From an uncultured Actinomycetes bacterium (GTDB taxonomy: Bacteria > Actinomycetota > Thermoleophilia > Gaiellales > JAICJC01), in the NCBI GenBank assembly GCA_963809325.1, contig CAWEIZ010000007.1, positions 836,851-900,850 of the forward strand: 64,000 nucleotides of DNA, in the 5' to 3' direction. The first letter of the stretch is position 1, and each line of letters starts with the position of its first letter. Below the pieces are notes generated by a model. It did not search any database, was not told the DNA's origin, and saw nothing but the letters and a program-made list of their open reading frames with translations. The position numbers and the translations under genes are program-made. Positions 1 through 9,078 of the stretch are shown piece by piece.

Positions 1-1045
1 CCGCCAGGCCCGTGTAGAAGACGCCGAAGACGAGCGCCAGGCGGACGCAGCCGGCGTGGTCGAGGCCGCGGGCGAGGAGCACGAGGATGACGCCGCCCCA
101 GACGACGTGGATCAGGGCATGGCGGGGATCGGCGTTCGCAAACCGGTACGGCATCCGGTCGCTCGCGTTCCCGCTCGCGTCGAGCGCCCATGACGCGAGC
201 CCCTGCGCGAGCAGCGCCGCGCCGAGCACGGCGAGGAACCCGCGCAGCGAGGAGGTCACGCCGGCTCCCGGACGGGACGAGGCGACGACGGCCGCTCCCA
301 GCCCCGCGAGGCCGGCGGCCAGCCCCACGGCCCAGACGTAGGTCGACGGGCCGCCGTCGAACTTCGCGTGATGGACGAGCGAGACGACCGCCGTCGACCC
401 GACGAGCACGAGCGAGCTCCATGCGAACGGCCGCACCGCCTGCGGCCGCCGCTCACGAGCCGCAAGCGCGGCGCCGAGCGCGAAGGCGAGGAAGATCGCG
501 GCATACGTCCGGGCCAGGACCGGCGTGAGCGCCCACGGCCACAGCCGGACGGCCGTGCCGGGCGCCACGGCGAGGACGACGCCGAGCACGGCGAAGATCG
601 CCGCCTCGGCCTCGTACACCGGGCTCAGCCGGTGCCGGCCAGGGAGGGCTGCCCGCCTCAGGTCGAGCGTGCGGAGCGCGATGACGCCGACGACCGGCTC
701 GATCACATACGAGCCCACCCAGGGATACGGGACGCCGCCGGCGGTGAACGTCGACCAGTACCAGATCGTCGCGACCAGGAGGAGGGCGGTCACGGCGGTG
801 AAGCCGGCCAGGTAGATGCGGGTGTCGACGGCCCGCCGGGCGGCGGCCGACGCCAGGAGGCCCGTGGCGCCGGCGAGGTAGAAGGAGGCCACGAACCGGA
901 CGTTGAGCGGCGTGGTCGGGAGCGGAAACCCCACCACATGCGCCGGGCGCGCCAGCCCCGAGATCGCGATCGCAAGCCCCTGCGCCGCACCGACGAGGAG
1001 GTAGACGCGAACCCACGCGGGGACTCCCCGTTGTGACGGTTGCAC
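1..1045 (-). CDS. polytopic membrane protein of unknown function (N-terminal part; 3' end runs off the window)
   Basis: Minus-strand frame is open from the window edge to GTG (complement of 1043-1045). My translation (VQPSQRGVPAWVRVYLLVGAAQGLAIAISGLA...LVFGVFYTGLA) is strongly hydrophobic with many helices. Absent from the ORF track because it has no in-window stop. Confidence 0.45.
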   Translation of the reverse strand, partial: MQPSQRGVPAWVRVYLLVGAAQGLAIAISGLARPAHVVGFPLPTTPLNVRFVASFYLAGATGLLASAAARRAVDTRIYLAGFTAVTALLLVATIWYWSTFTAGGVPYPWVGSYVIEPVVGVIALRTLDLRRAALPGRHRLSPVYEAEAAIFAVLGVVLAVAPGTAVRLWPWALTPVLARTYAAIFLAFALGAALAARERRPQAVRPFAWSSLVLVGSTAVVSLVHHAKFDGGPSTYVWAVGLAAGLAGLGAAVVASSRPGAGVTSSLRGFLAVLGAALLAQGLASWALDASGNASDRMPYRFANADPRHALIHVVWGGVILVLLARGLDHAGCVRLALVFGVFYTGLA

Positions 1046-1046
1046 C

Positions 1047-2429
1047 ATGGCGGAAGGCTCGCGAGAATATCGCACTCTGAACGCCACGAAACACCTTCCG
1101 CCCGGCCCCGGCCCGACGGGCTCGCTGCGGGTCCTCGCCGGTCTTCACCGCGATCCGACAGCGGTCATGACCGGCCTGCGCGCGCGCTACGGCGACCTCG
1201 TGCACTTCCGGATCGGGCCGCAGCACGTCTTCGTCGTCATGCGGGCCGACCTCGCCCGCGAGGTGCTCGTCACGCACCAGCGCTCGTTCAAGAAGGGGCC
1301 GGGATTCGAGCGCGCGCGGATCGTGCTCGGGAACGGGCTCCTGACGAGCGAGGGCGACTTCCACCTGCGGCAGCGGCGGATGATGCAGCCGGCGTTCCAC
1401 CGCCGGCGGGTCGCCGCCTACGCCGGCATCATGGCCGAGGAGGCCGTTCGGGTCGGAGACGCGTGGCGGGAGGGCGAGGCCCGCGATGTGGCCGCCGACA
1501 TGACCCAGCTCGCGCTCCGCGTCGTCACCCGGGCCCTCTTCGGCGCCGAGCTCGACGCCGACGCCGAGAGGATCGGGCGCGCCGTGGCCGAGGTCGGCGA
1601 GTTCTTCGACTACCTCACGATCGCGCTCCTGCCGGTGCTGCTGCGGACGCCACTGCCCCGGGTGCGGCGCTTCAAGCAGGGCATCCATGAGCTCGAGGGC
1701 GCGACCTCGCGCGTCATCGCCGAGCGCCGCTCCGCCGGAGGCGAGGAGGACGGCGACCTGCTCTCGATCCTGCTCGCCGCCCGCGACGTCGAGGGCGACG
1801 GAACCGGCATGACCGACACGCAGGTGCGTGACGAGGCGCTGACGCTGATCACCGCCGGCCACGAGACCACCGCCAACGGGCTCAACTGGACGTGGTACCT
1901 GCTCGCGCAGCACCCGGAGGTCGAGGCCCGCTTCCACGCCGAGCTCGACGACGTTCTCGGCGAGGGGCCCGTCGGCGCCGACGAGGCCGGACGGCTGCCC
2001 TACACCGAAGCGGTGCTGCTCGAGGCGATGCGGCTCTACCCGCCGGCCTGGGGCATCGAGCGGCGGGCCGTCGCCGACCAGGCGATCGGCGGCCATGTGA
2101 TCCCGGCGGGCGCCGCCGTCCTCATGCCGACGTTCGTCATGCACCGCGACCCGCGCTTCTTCCCCGACCCGCTGCGCTTCGATCCGGGCCGCTTCCTCCC
2201 CGACGGCAGCGCGGACCGGCCCGACTGGGCCTATCCGCTGTTCGGCGGCGGCACGCGCAAGTGCATCGGCGTCGGCTTCGCGATGCTCGAGGCCACGCTC
2301 GTCCTGGCCGAGCTCGGGAGGCGATGGCACCTGCGGCTCGATCCGTCGCGGCCGGTCGTGCCCCAGGCCCGGGTGTCGCTGCGGCCGCGCGACGGGCTGT
2401 GGATGGTCCCGGAGCGGAGGGCCGCGTGA
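1047..2429 (+). CDS. cytochrome P450
   Basis: Haem-Cys loop FGGGTRKCIG, I-helix AGHETTA, EAMRLYPP region; 460 aa. Confidence 0.9.
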   Translation: MAEGSREYRTLNATKHLPPGPGPTGSLRVLAGLHRDPTAVMTGLRARYGDLVHFRIGPQHVFVVMRADLAREVLVTHQRSFKKGPGFERARIVLGNGLLTSEGDFHLRQRRMMQPAFHRRRVAAYAGIMAEEAVRVGDAWREGEARDVAADMTQLALRVVTRALFGAELDADAERIGRAVAEVGEFFDYLTIALLPVLLRTPLPRVRRFKQGIHELEGATSRVIAERRSAGGEEDGDLLSILLAARDVEGDGTGMTDTQVRDEALTLITAGHETTANGLNWTWYLLAQHPEVEARFHAELDDVLGEGPVGADEAGRLPYTEAVLLEAMRLYPPAWGIERRAVADQAIGGHVIPAGAAVLMPTFVMHRDPRFFPDPLRFDPGRFLPDGSADRPDWAYPLFGGGTRKCIGVGFAMLEATLVLAELGRRWHLRLDPSRPVVPQARVSLRPRDGLWMVPERRAA

Positions 2430-3370
2430 ACGCCGACCCCGACGCCGCCGGGCCGGGCCTGAACGAGGCGCTCGCGGTCTGGGCCGCCCTCGGCGTCGTC
2501 GCGGCGATGGTGTGGATCACCTATGCGCGCCTGCCGGCCGACGTCTTCTACAACGTCACCGGGACCGGGATCCGCGCCGGCGCGTCGCGCGTCCTCGTGC
2601 TGCTCGGCTGGCCCATCTCGATCGCGGCCGTCGCGCTGCTCGCCGTGGCCGCCGACCGCTACCTGGCGTCGTCGCCCCCGCCGGCTGCGCGCCGCGCGGC
2701 GGTCGCGGCGTCGGTCGCCTCCGCACTCCTGTGCGCGACGATGGCGTGGCCCGGCGTGATCGACGAGGCCGACCTGGACGCCAAGCCGTCGAACGCGCTC
2801 GCGGCCGTCGGCGTGGGCATCGCGCTCGTGCTGACGCTCGCCGCCGTCCGCCGCGCGGGCGCCGGCGCGTTCGTGCGCCACAGGCCCGGCGACGGCGTCG
2901 GGATCGCGCTCATCGTCCTGCTTCTGATCGCCGGGATCCCCTGGATCCTGTCGAACGCGGGGTTCTACGCCGGCGACGTGCCCGGCCTGCGGAGCATCTT
3001 CATGTCGAAGCAGATCCTCCCCGAGCCGGGCCACCCCACCCTGCACGCCGTCCACCTGGGAAATCACGAGGGCATCGACGGCATCCTCCTCGCCGCGACC
3101 GCGCTCGCTCTGCGCCGCGTGCTCCCCCAGATGCGGCCGACCCGGCTTCGCACGGCGCTCAGCGCCTACCTCGCGCTGGTGCTGCCGTACGGGCTGCTCG
3201 TGGCCGTGAACGACGGCTGGAACGAGCAGATCGTGAAGCGCGGGTGGACCGGCGTCGGGACGCCGAACGTGCTGAATCCCGGCCCCACGCCGAGCACCGC
3301 GCTCCTGATCGCGCTCGCCGTCGTGCTCTACCTGACCGTCTTTCGGATCAGGCCCGCGCCGGTTGAGTAG
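2426..3370 (+). CDS. multi-pass membrane protein, unknown function
   Basis: GTG at 2426 overlaps the P450 stop (GTGA). From VNADPDAAGPGLNEALAVWAALGVVAAMVW onward there are about 8 hydrophobic segments. The upstream part of ORF 1892..3370 is Arg-rich off-frame sequence inside the P450 gene. Confidence 0.6.
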   Translation: MNADPDAAGPGLNEALAVWAALGVVAAMVWITYARLPADVFYNVTGTGIRAGASRVLVLLGWPISIAAVALLAVAADRYLASSPPPAARRAAVAASVASALLCATMAWPGVIDEADLDAKPSNALAAVGVGIALVLTLAAVRRAGAGAFVRHRPGDGVGIALIVLLLIAGIPWILSNAGFYAGDVPGLRSIFMSKQILPEPGHPTLHAVHLGNHEGIDGILLAATALALRRVLPQMRPTRLRTALSAYLALVLPYGLLVAVNDGWNEQIVKRGWTGVGTPNVLNPGPTPSTALLIALAVVLYLTVFRIRPAPVE

Positions 3371-4454
3371 GGTGGAGGGCGTGCGCGCCGCGGTCTGCCA
3401 CACGTTCGGCGAGCCGCTGGTCGTCGAGGACGTCCACCTGGAGGCTCCGCGGGACGGCGAGGTGCGCGTGCGTCTCGAGGCGTGCGCGATCTGCCACAGC
3501 GACGTGGCCTATGCCGACGGCGCCTGGGGCGGCAGCCTCCCGACCGTGCTCGGGCACGAGGCGTGCGGGCTGGTTGCCGAGACCGGTGCGGGCGTCTCGG
3601 CGTTGCGGGCGGGTCAGCGTGTCGTGGTGAGCCTCGTCCGGCACTGCGGGGCGTGCGACCGCTGCCTCGGGGGCGAGCCTGCCCTGTGCGGTGCCACGTT
3701 CGCGCTCGACCAGCGCTCGCCGATCACGCGCCCTGACGGCAGCGGCGTCGACCAGGGGCTGCGGTGCGGGGCGTTCGCAGAGGAGGTGGTCGTGCACGCG
3801 TCGCAGGCCGTCCCGGTGCCGCCTCACCTCCCGGCCGCCAGCCTGTGCATCCTGGGCTGCGCGGTCCTGACCGGCGTCGGCGCCGCCGAGCGGGCCGGGA
3901 ACGTCGGCCCGGGCCAGACGGTGGCCGTGATCGGAGCGGGCGGCGTCGGGCTGAACGCGATCCAGGGGGCGGTGATCGCCGGAGCCGATCCCGTGATCGC
4001 GATCGACGTCGCCGAGGAGAAGCTCGCCGTCGCGCGCGCGTTCGGCGCCACGGCGGGCGTGGACGCCCGATCGGCGGATCCCGTCGCCGCCGTCCGCGCA
4101 ATTGCCGGGGGCGCCGACGTGGTGATCGCCACCGCGGGCTCCGCTCGGGCCGTCGAGCAGGGCCTCGCGCTCCTGCGGCGCGGCGGGACGCTCGTCGTCG
4201 TGGGCATGCCCGCAAGCGGCGAGGAGGCCCGGTTCGATCCCACCCAGCTGGCCCACGACGGGATGCGGATCGTCGGCACGAAGATGGGCTCCGCACGGCC
4301 CGCGGACGACATCCCCCGGCTGGTCGCCCTCTACGAGGACGGCCGGCTGAAGCTCGACGAGCTCGTCACGGCCACGTACCCGCTCGACCGGATCAACGAG
4401 GCGGCCGACGCGATGCGGCGGGGCGAGGCGGTGCGCAACGTGATCGTGTTCTGA
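3363..4454 (+). CDS. zinc-dependent alcohol dehydrogenase (MDR family, class III-like)
   Basis: CAICHSD...GHEACG catalytic Zn motif, CGACDRC structural Zn site, GAGGVGLNAIQG Rossmann motif. Confidence 0.85.
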   Translation: MSRVEGVRAAVCHTFGEPLVVEDVHLEAPRDGEVRVRLEACAICHSDVAYADGAWGGSLPTVLGHEACGLVAETGAGVSALRAGQRVVVSLVRHCGACDRCLGGEPALCGATFALDQRSPITRPDGSGVDQGLRCGAFAEEVVVHASQAVPVPPHLPAASLCILGCAVLTGVGAAERAGNVGPGQTVAVIGAGGVGLNAIQGAVIAGADPVIAIDVAEEKLAVARAFGATAGVDARSADPVAAVRAIAGGADVVIATAGSARAVEQGLALLRRGGTLVVVGMPASGEEARFDPTQLAHDGMRIVGTKMGSARPADDIPRLVALYEDGRLKLDELVTATYPLDRINEAADAMRRGEAVRNVIVF

Positions 4455-4455
4455 G

Positions 4456-6996
4456 CTAGCCGCCTCCCGGCCAATGCGCCTGGAGCCACTTCTTGGCCTC
4501 CTCGAGGCGCTCGCCCACGTCGTCGGCGAGCTCGCCCACCTCGTCGGCGATGCTCCTCGGAAGGCTGACCACACGCCACGCGTGTGCTCCAGCCGCCGCC
4601 AACGTGTGGACGATCGAGGGGAGCGTGTCGTCCTTGCGCACGGCGCGCAGCGCTGACAGGACCGCATCCCTGCGCCCCTCCACGCCCTGGTGCTCGTCGA
4701 GGACGTCCTTCGCGGTCGCCGTGCCCAGCGTGTATGCGGCGAATGCCGCCGTGAGCGCCTGTGGGGACGGCGCGGACTCCTGGCCGAGCGCCTCCATCCA
4801 GCCGGCCGCCGCCTCCCTCGTGCCGCTGTCCGCGTTTGCCACCTCGGCCCGCAGGATCGGGAGCTCGTCGGCCAGGACGTCGATCTGCGCGCGGCGTGTG
4901 AGGAGCGTGCGCAGCTCGTCGACGTGTGCGCTCACGTCGCCGCCCTCGCCGGCCTCCGCGATGGCGTTCACGGCGCCCCGCACCTTCTCATCCTCGCCGA
5001 GTGCCTCGGCCAAGCCGTCCGCCAGCCCGGCTGGCTCGCTTGCGGCAAGCGTGCGAAGCCGCGTCTCGTCGAGCAGCACCTGTGCGACGTGGGCGCAGCC
5101 GTCGAGCCTGCCCCACATCCAGTCGTTCAGGCGCCACGACGGCCGCAGGAACGCCCCGAAGTGGTTCAGGGCGAGGCCGTAGAGCACGCGCCCGTTGGGA
5201 TTCGGGAGGCCCGGCATCTGCCGGAGCCCCACCCGGCGGAACGTGAAGCGAGGCACCGGCGGATCGAGCGTCGGCGCCGTGAACGTGCCCTGCACGACGG
5301 CGACGACGAGCTGGCGGCCGATTGCCTCCGCCTCACCGCCGGCGAGTGCAAGGCTCGTCTGCACGTCGGCCCCGAGCATCGCCCTCGCGTCGATGATCGC
5401 CTTCGCGGCGTCCCAGACCTCCGCCGTGAGGCGCTCGCCGTGCTCGCCGCACACACGGGCGAAGCGGTCGGCGCCGGCCTTGCCGATCGTCGCGCTGTCC
5501 GCGTCAGGGTCGGTCTTGGAGTCGCGGATCGCGGCCTCGAATGCCTCGCCCATCGCCACGATCCTGCGGTGGCTCGCGCTGATCGCAGCCGCCGTCCCGT
5601 AGAGCTCACGCCGCGAGAGCAGGACGTCCCGGACCGCGTCGAGCCAGTTGTGCACGATCGCCTCGGCGACCGACAGCCCGAAGCGCCAGGCGTCGGAGCG
5701 CCCGGCCGGCGGATCGAGGCTCTCCGGGACCCAGGGCGCCTCGAGGTCCTTCGTCGCCGGAGGCGCCGTCCAGGCCGGCGCAGGGCGAAGCGAGATCGTC
5801 GCGGCCGACGCGTTGGCCAGCGTCTCCCGGAGTTGCCAGATCCCGCCGAGATAGCGCCGCTCGCGGTAGAGCGGCAGCAGCTCGGCGGCCATCGCGGCGA
5901 CCTGGCCGCCCTTTCCGGCGCCCCGCAACAAGCGCTCGGTGGTGCCGCGGTCCACCGAGACGCGGGCGAGCATGGTGCGGACGGCGTCGAGCTGCTCCAC
6001 GATGTTCGTCTCCCGCGGGAGCGACGTCGCCAGCCACAGCGGCTTGAGGAACCCGGGCTTCGTCGCCTCGGTGCGCGCCGTCGGGTCGTCGGGCTCGTCC
6101 CCGGCCGACGGCACGAGATATGCCAGAACGCGCCGTGTCCCGCGCTCCACGGGCCGTTTGCGGATCTCCTCCAGGACCGGGGCGAACGGCTCGTTGTCGA
6201 GCACGCCCCCGTCCATCAGCCAGTCCGGCTCGCGAAGCGAGCACAGCCCGGGGGCATCGGCCGGGGGCGCGGGCGGATGGATCGGCGCGAACGCACCGGG
6301 GAAGGAGGCCGTTGCCCGCGCCGCCTTCGGGAGGAGCGCGGCTCCCTTCGCAAAGGTGTCGGTGAGCTTGTCGGGGCCCGCAGCCTCCAGATCGGGCTCG
6401 AACGCGCGCCGGAACCGGTACAGCGTGCGGTACTCGCGCTGCTCGAACGGGACGCGCGCCTGATCGGCGTAGGTGTTCACGTCGCCGTGCAGCGCCGTTG
6501 CGGTCAGCGTCAGCGCGACGGTGCTCGGCGCGAGGCTCTCGTCCTCGTCCCTCTCGTCCTTGTCCGGAACCCCCTTCTCCGCCATCTTGGTGAAGACGTC
6601 GGCGATCGACTCCGCGAAGAAGTCGCCGTCGAGCACCGACAGCTCCGTGTTGTCGTCCTTGCGGATCAGCAACCGATCGAAGTCGCCGAGCCGCTTCCAC
6701 GTGTCTCGCAGGTTCGGCATCGGCGCGCGCCGCGCGATGGCGGCCGCGAGCACCGCGCCGTTCAGGCCGCCGGCGCTCGTCCCCGCCACCACGTCGATCG
6801 TGACACGCGTCCCGAGCGCCTCGCACACCTGCTCCCACACGCCGACGCCCTCGCCGCGGGGCAGCGCCGCGAAGCCCGCCCGGCGCGCCCGGTCGAGCTC
6901 GCACGTCACCCCGCCCATCCAGATCGCGAGGCTCACGCCACCGTTCAGGACGAGCGCGAGCCGCACCTCCTCCTCGTACCGGCCGGCGTCCGACAC
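4456..6996 (-). CDS. patatin-like phospholipase with a long C-terminal extension
   Basis: LNGGVSLA (Gly-rich oxyanion loop), GTSAG (GxSxG), MDGGVLDNEPF (DGG Asp), plus about 550 further residues; 846 aa. Confidence 0.85.
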   Translation of the reverse strand: MSDAGRYEEEVRLALVLNGGVSLAIWMGGVTCELDRARRAGFAALPRGEGVGVWEQVCEALGTRVTIDVVAGTSAGGLNGAVLAAAIARRAPMPNLRDTWKRLGDFDRLLIRKDDNTELSVLDGDFFAESIADVFTKMAEKGVPDKDERDEDESLAPSTVALTLTATALHGDVNTYADQARVPFEQREYRTLYRFRRAFEPDLEAAGPDKLTDTFAKGAALLPKAARATASFPGAFAPIHPPAPPADAPGLCSLREPDWLMDGGVLDNEPFAPVLEEIRKRPVERGTRRVLAYLVPSAGDEPDDPTARTEATKPGFLKPLWLATSLPRETNIVEQLDAVRTMLARVSVDRGTTERLLRGAGKGGQVAAMAAELLPLYRERRYLGGIWQLRETLANASAATISLRPAPAWTAPPATKDLEAPWVPESLDPPAGRSDAWRFGLSVAEAIVHNWLDAVRDVLLSRRELYGTAAAISASHRRIVAMGEAFEAAIRDSKTDPDADSATIGKAGADRFARVCGEHGERLTAEVWDAAKAIIDARAMLGADVQTSLALAGGEAEAIGRQLVVAVVQGTFTAPTLDPPVPRFTFRRVGLRQMPGLPNPNGRVLYGLALNHFGAFLRPSWRLNDWMWGRLDGCAHVAQVLLDETRLRTLAASEPAGLADGLAEALGEDEKVRGAVNAIAEAGEGGDVSAHVDELRTLLTRRAQIDVLADELPILRAEVANADSGTREAAAGWMEALGQESAPSPQALTAAFAAYTLGTATAKDVLDEHQGVEGRRDAVLSALRAVRKDDTLPSIVHTLAAAGAHAWRVVSLPRSIADEVGELADDVGERLEEAKKWLQAHWPGGG

Positions 6997-7096
6997 GTCG
7001 CCACCTCCTCTCGAGCGCGGCCTGCCTCGGACCGCGGGGCGACCACTCTACGCCACCGCGAGCCGGTTGATCAGGGGACGTACCGAGATTGTGCGG

Positions 7097-7125
7097 TTGC
7101 ATACGAACTGGCCGACCTGTAGGAT
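7097..7125 (+). promoter_or_regulatory. candidate sigma-70-type promoter (TTGCAT-N17-TAGGAT)
   Basis: Hexamers at 7097-7102 and 7120-7125 with 17-nt spacing, about 25 nt upstream of the 7150/7156 start. Confidence 0.3.
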
Positions 7126-7149
7126 CGCCGCTCCCCATCAGGATGCGAG

Positions 7150-8421
7150 GTGCCCATGGCGGCACGGTTCATCCTCATCGGTGCAGCGATGGTCGGGACG
7201 GGCGCGCTCCTTCCGCAGACGGCCGTGGCCGCGCCCACGACGATCCGCGTCAGCGTCTCGTCAGCCGCGGTGGAGGCGAACGGCGGCAGCGGTGTCGGCA
7301 CGGTTGCCGTGTCGGCGAACGGCCGCTTCGTCGCCTTCGCCTCGGTTGCGTCGAACCTCGTTCCCGGCGACGGCAACGGCGTGCTCGACGTGTTCGTACG
7401 GGACACGGTGTCAAATACGACCGAGCGCGTGAGCGTGTCGTCGGCCGAGGTGGAGGGAGACGACCGGAGCTCCTCGCACGCGCTCGCGATCTCGCCGGAC
7501 GGGCGATACGTCACGTTCACGTCGTTCGCGACGAACCTCACGCCGGGAAACGACGACTCGACATGCGCGCCCGACCCGTGTCCCGACGTGTTCATCCGCG
7601 ACCGCACGGCCGGCACGACCCGGATGCTGGTGCCGTTCAGTGCGTTCGCGGTGAACGACCTCGCGCTCTCCGCCGGCGCGCGCTGGTACGCGTACGACGA
7701 CGAGTTTCTGCAAGGAGTAGCCCGGTGCAAGCGCGCGACCGGACACTGCACGAACGCCGGCGTGCTCCCTCCCCCGATCAAGCTCGACACTGCCGACGCG
7801 AACGCGATCCTGGGAGGGATCTCGCGGAACGGCAGGTACGTTCTCTTCAAGGCGATCGGGTTTCCGCTGCCGCCGAACACGATCGCAGGGGGCGTCTTCG
7901 TGCGCGACATCACCGCCGGCCGCACCCGGATCGTGACGACGCATGCGGCCGACGAAGCCGACGCGATCTCGGCGAACGGCGACGTCAGCCTGTTCACGAG
8001 CAGCTCGCGGAAGCTGATCAGACACGACACGAACGGCAAGCGCGACGTCTTCGTCAAGAACCGCGTCACCGGCGCCGTCCACCGCGTGAGCGTGTCGTCG
8101 AGCGAGCACCAGGCCAACCGCAGCAGCTTCGGCATCGCAATCTCCGCGGACGGGCGCTACTGCCTCTTCTCGTCGAAGGCCGCCAACCTGGTCGCCGGTG
8201 ACACGAACGGCCGGGCCGACATCTTCCTGCGCGACCGCGTGCTCGGAACGACCGTCCGCGTCGATGTCTCGGTCACCGGGGCGCAGGCCAACGGGAACGT
8301 CGGCCCGGCGGCGCTCTCGTCGGACGGCCACTCGGCGGCCTTCCAGTCGTCTGCGTCAAATCTCGTCGCGGGCGATACGAACGGCTTGCGCGACGTCTTC
8401 GAGCGCGCCCACCTGCACTAG
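7150..8421 (+). CDS. secreted PD40/TolB-like beta-propeller repeat protein
   Basis: Signal-peptide-like N-terminus (AARFILIGAAMVGTGALLPQTAVAAP). About 7 repeats of VSVSS..ANG.S....IS.DGRYV.F.S.A.NLV.GDTNG..DVF.RD. Confidence 0.75.
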   Translation: MPMAARFILIGAAMVGTGALLPQTAVAAPTTIRVSVSSAAVEANGGSGVGTVAVSANGRFVAFASVASNLVPGDGNGVLDVFVRDTVSNTTERVSVSSAEVEGDDRSSSHALAISPDGRYVTFTSFATNLTPGNDDSTCAPDPCPDVFIRDRTAGTTRMLVPFSAFAVNDLALSAGARWYAYDDEFLQGVARCKRATGHCTNAGVLPPPIKLDTADANAILGGISRNGRYVLFKAIGFPLPPNTIAGGVFVRDITAGRTRIVTTHAADEADAISANGDVSLFTSSSRKLIRHDTNGKRDVFVKNRVTGAVHRVSVSSSEHQANRSSFGIAISADGRYCLFSSKAANLVAGDTNGRADIFLRDRVLGTTVRVDVSVTGAQANGNVGPAALSSDGHSAAFQSSASNLVAGDTNGLRDVFERAHLH

Positions 8422-8422
8422 A

Positions 8423-8884
8423 TCAGCTCGCCTTGAGATGCGCCGCCGGGGGCTCCGCGACCGGCTGCCGGAATGCGACCGCCAGCCGGTTGAAGCCGTT
8501 GATCGAGACGATCAGGTAGGTGAGGGCGACGAGCTCCTCCTCGGAGAACGTTCCCGCCACCTCGGCGTAGGCGGCGTCGGAGGCATGCGTGTCGCCGATC
8601 AGCGTCACCTCCTCGCACCACCTGAGAGCGGCCCGCTCGCGCTCGGAGTAGCACGGCGCGTCGCGCCAGACGGAAAGCAGGTGAAGGCGCTGATCGGTCT
8701 CGCCGCGGGCCTGCGCGGCCCGGACGTGGGTGTCCACGCAGTATGCGCAGCCGTTCAGCTGCGAGGCCCGGATCTTGACCAGCTCGACGAGCGCCTGCTC
8801 GAGCGGGCTCCGGCGCACCTCGCGCACGAGCGCGACCATCGCCTTCATCGCACCGGGCATGATGTCCGCATAGCGCGAGCGCAT
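8423..8884 (-). CDS. AhpD-like / carboxymuconolactone decarboxylase family protein
   Basis: CMD core with CxxC motif LNGCAYCVDTH; 153 aa. Confidence 0.8.
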   Translation of the reverse strand: MRSRYADIMPGAMKAMVALVREVRRSPLEQALVELVKIRASQLNGCAYCVDTHVRAAQARGETDQRLHLLSVWRDAPCYSERERAALRWCEEVTLIGDTHASDAAYAEVAGTFSEEELVALTYLIVSINGFNRLAVAFRQPVAEPPAAHLKAS

Positions 8885-8989
8885 GGGTGAACTATCGGCC
8901 CGGCAGGCCGGGCGAACATCGGGAGCGGCCCCGATCCCCCCATCGGGAAATTACGCCCCGGCGCGGCGTCCGTTGTCAGACGCGGCGAC

Positions 8990-9018
8990 TTGACAATGCC
9001 CGAACCAGGGTGTTTCAT
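8990..9018 (+). promoter_or_regulatory. candidate promoter (perfect TTGACA -35, weak TTTCAT -10)
   Basis: TTGACA at 8990-8995, 17-nt spacer, TTTCAT at 9013-9018, upstream of the GTG at 9079. The -10 element is poor. Confidence 0.25.
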
Positions 9019-9078
9019 CGCGGCGAGGACGGTGAGCGCGGGCACGCACGGCCGCGCGATACGAGGAAAGGGCACAAG

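Noticed and set aside
453-2330. 625-aa minus-strand ORF, plus similar long ORFs at 4690-7122(+), 8845-10788(-), 24007-26847(+), 31364-34132(+), 38731-40902(-) and 59058-61229(-)
   Set aside because: Each overlaps a gene with clear family signatures on the other strand or in another frame. All are Arg/Pro/Gly-rich with low sequence complexity. I treat them as high-GC shadow ORFs.
1047-4454. P450, membrane protein and Zn-ADH considered as a small biosynthetic or degradative cluster
   Set aside because: The only support is adjacency with short overlaps. There are no core biosynthetic enzymes, regulators or transporters to back a cluster call.
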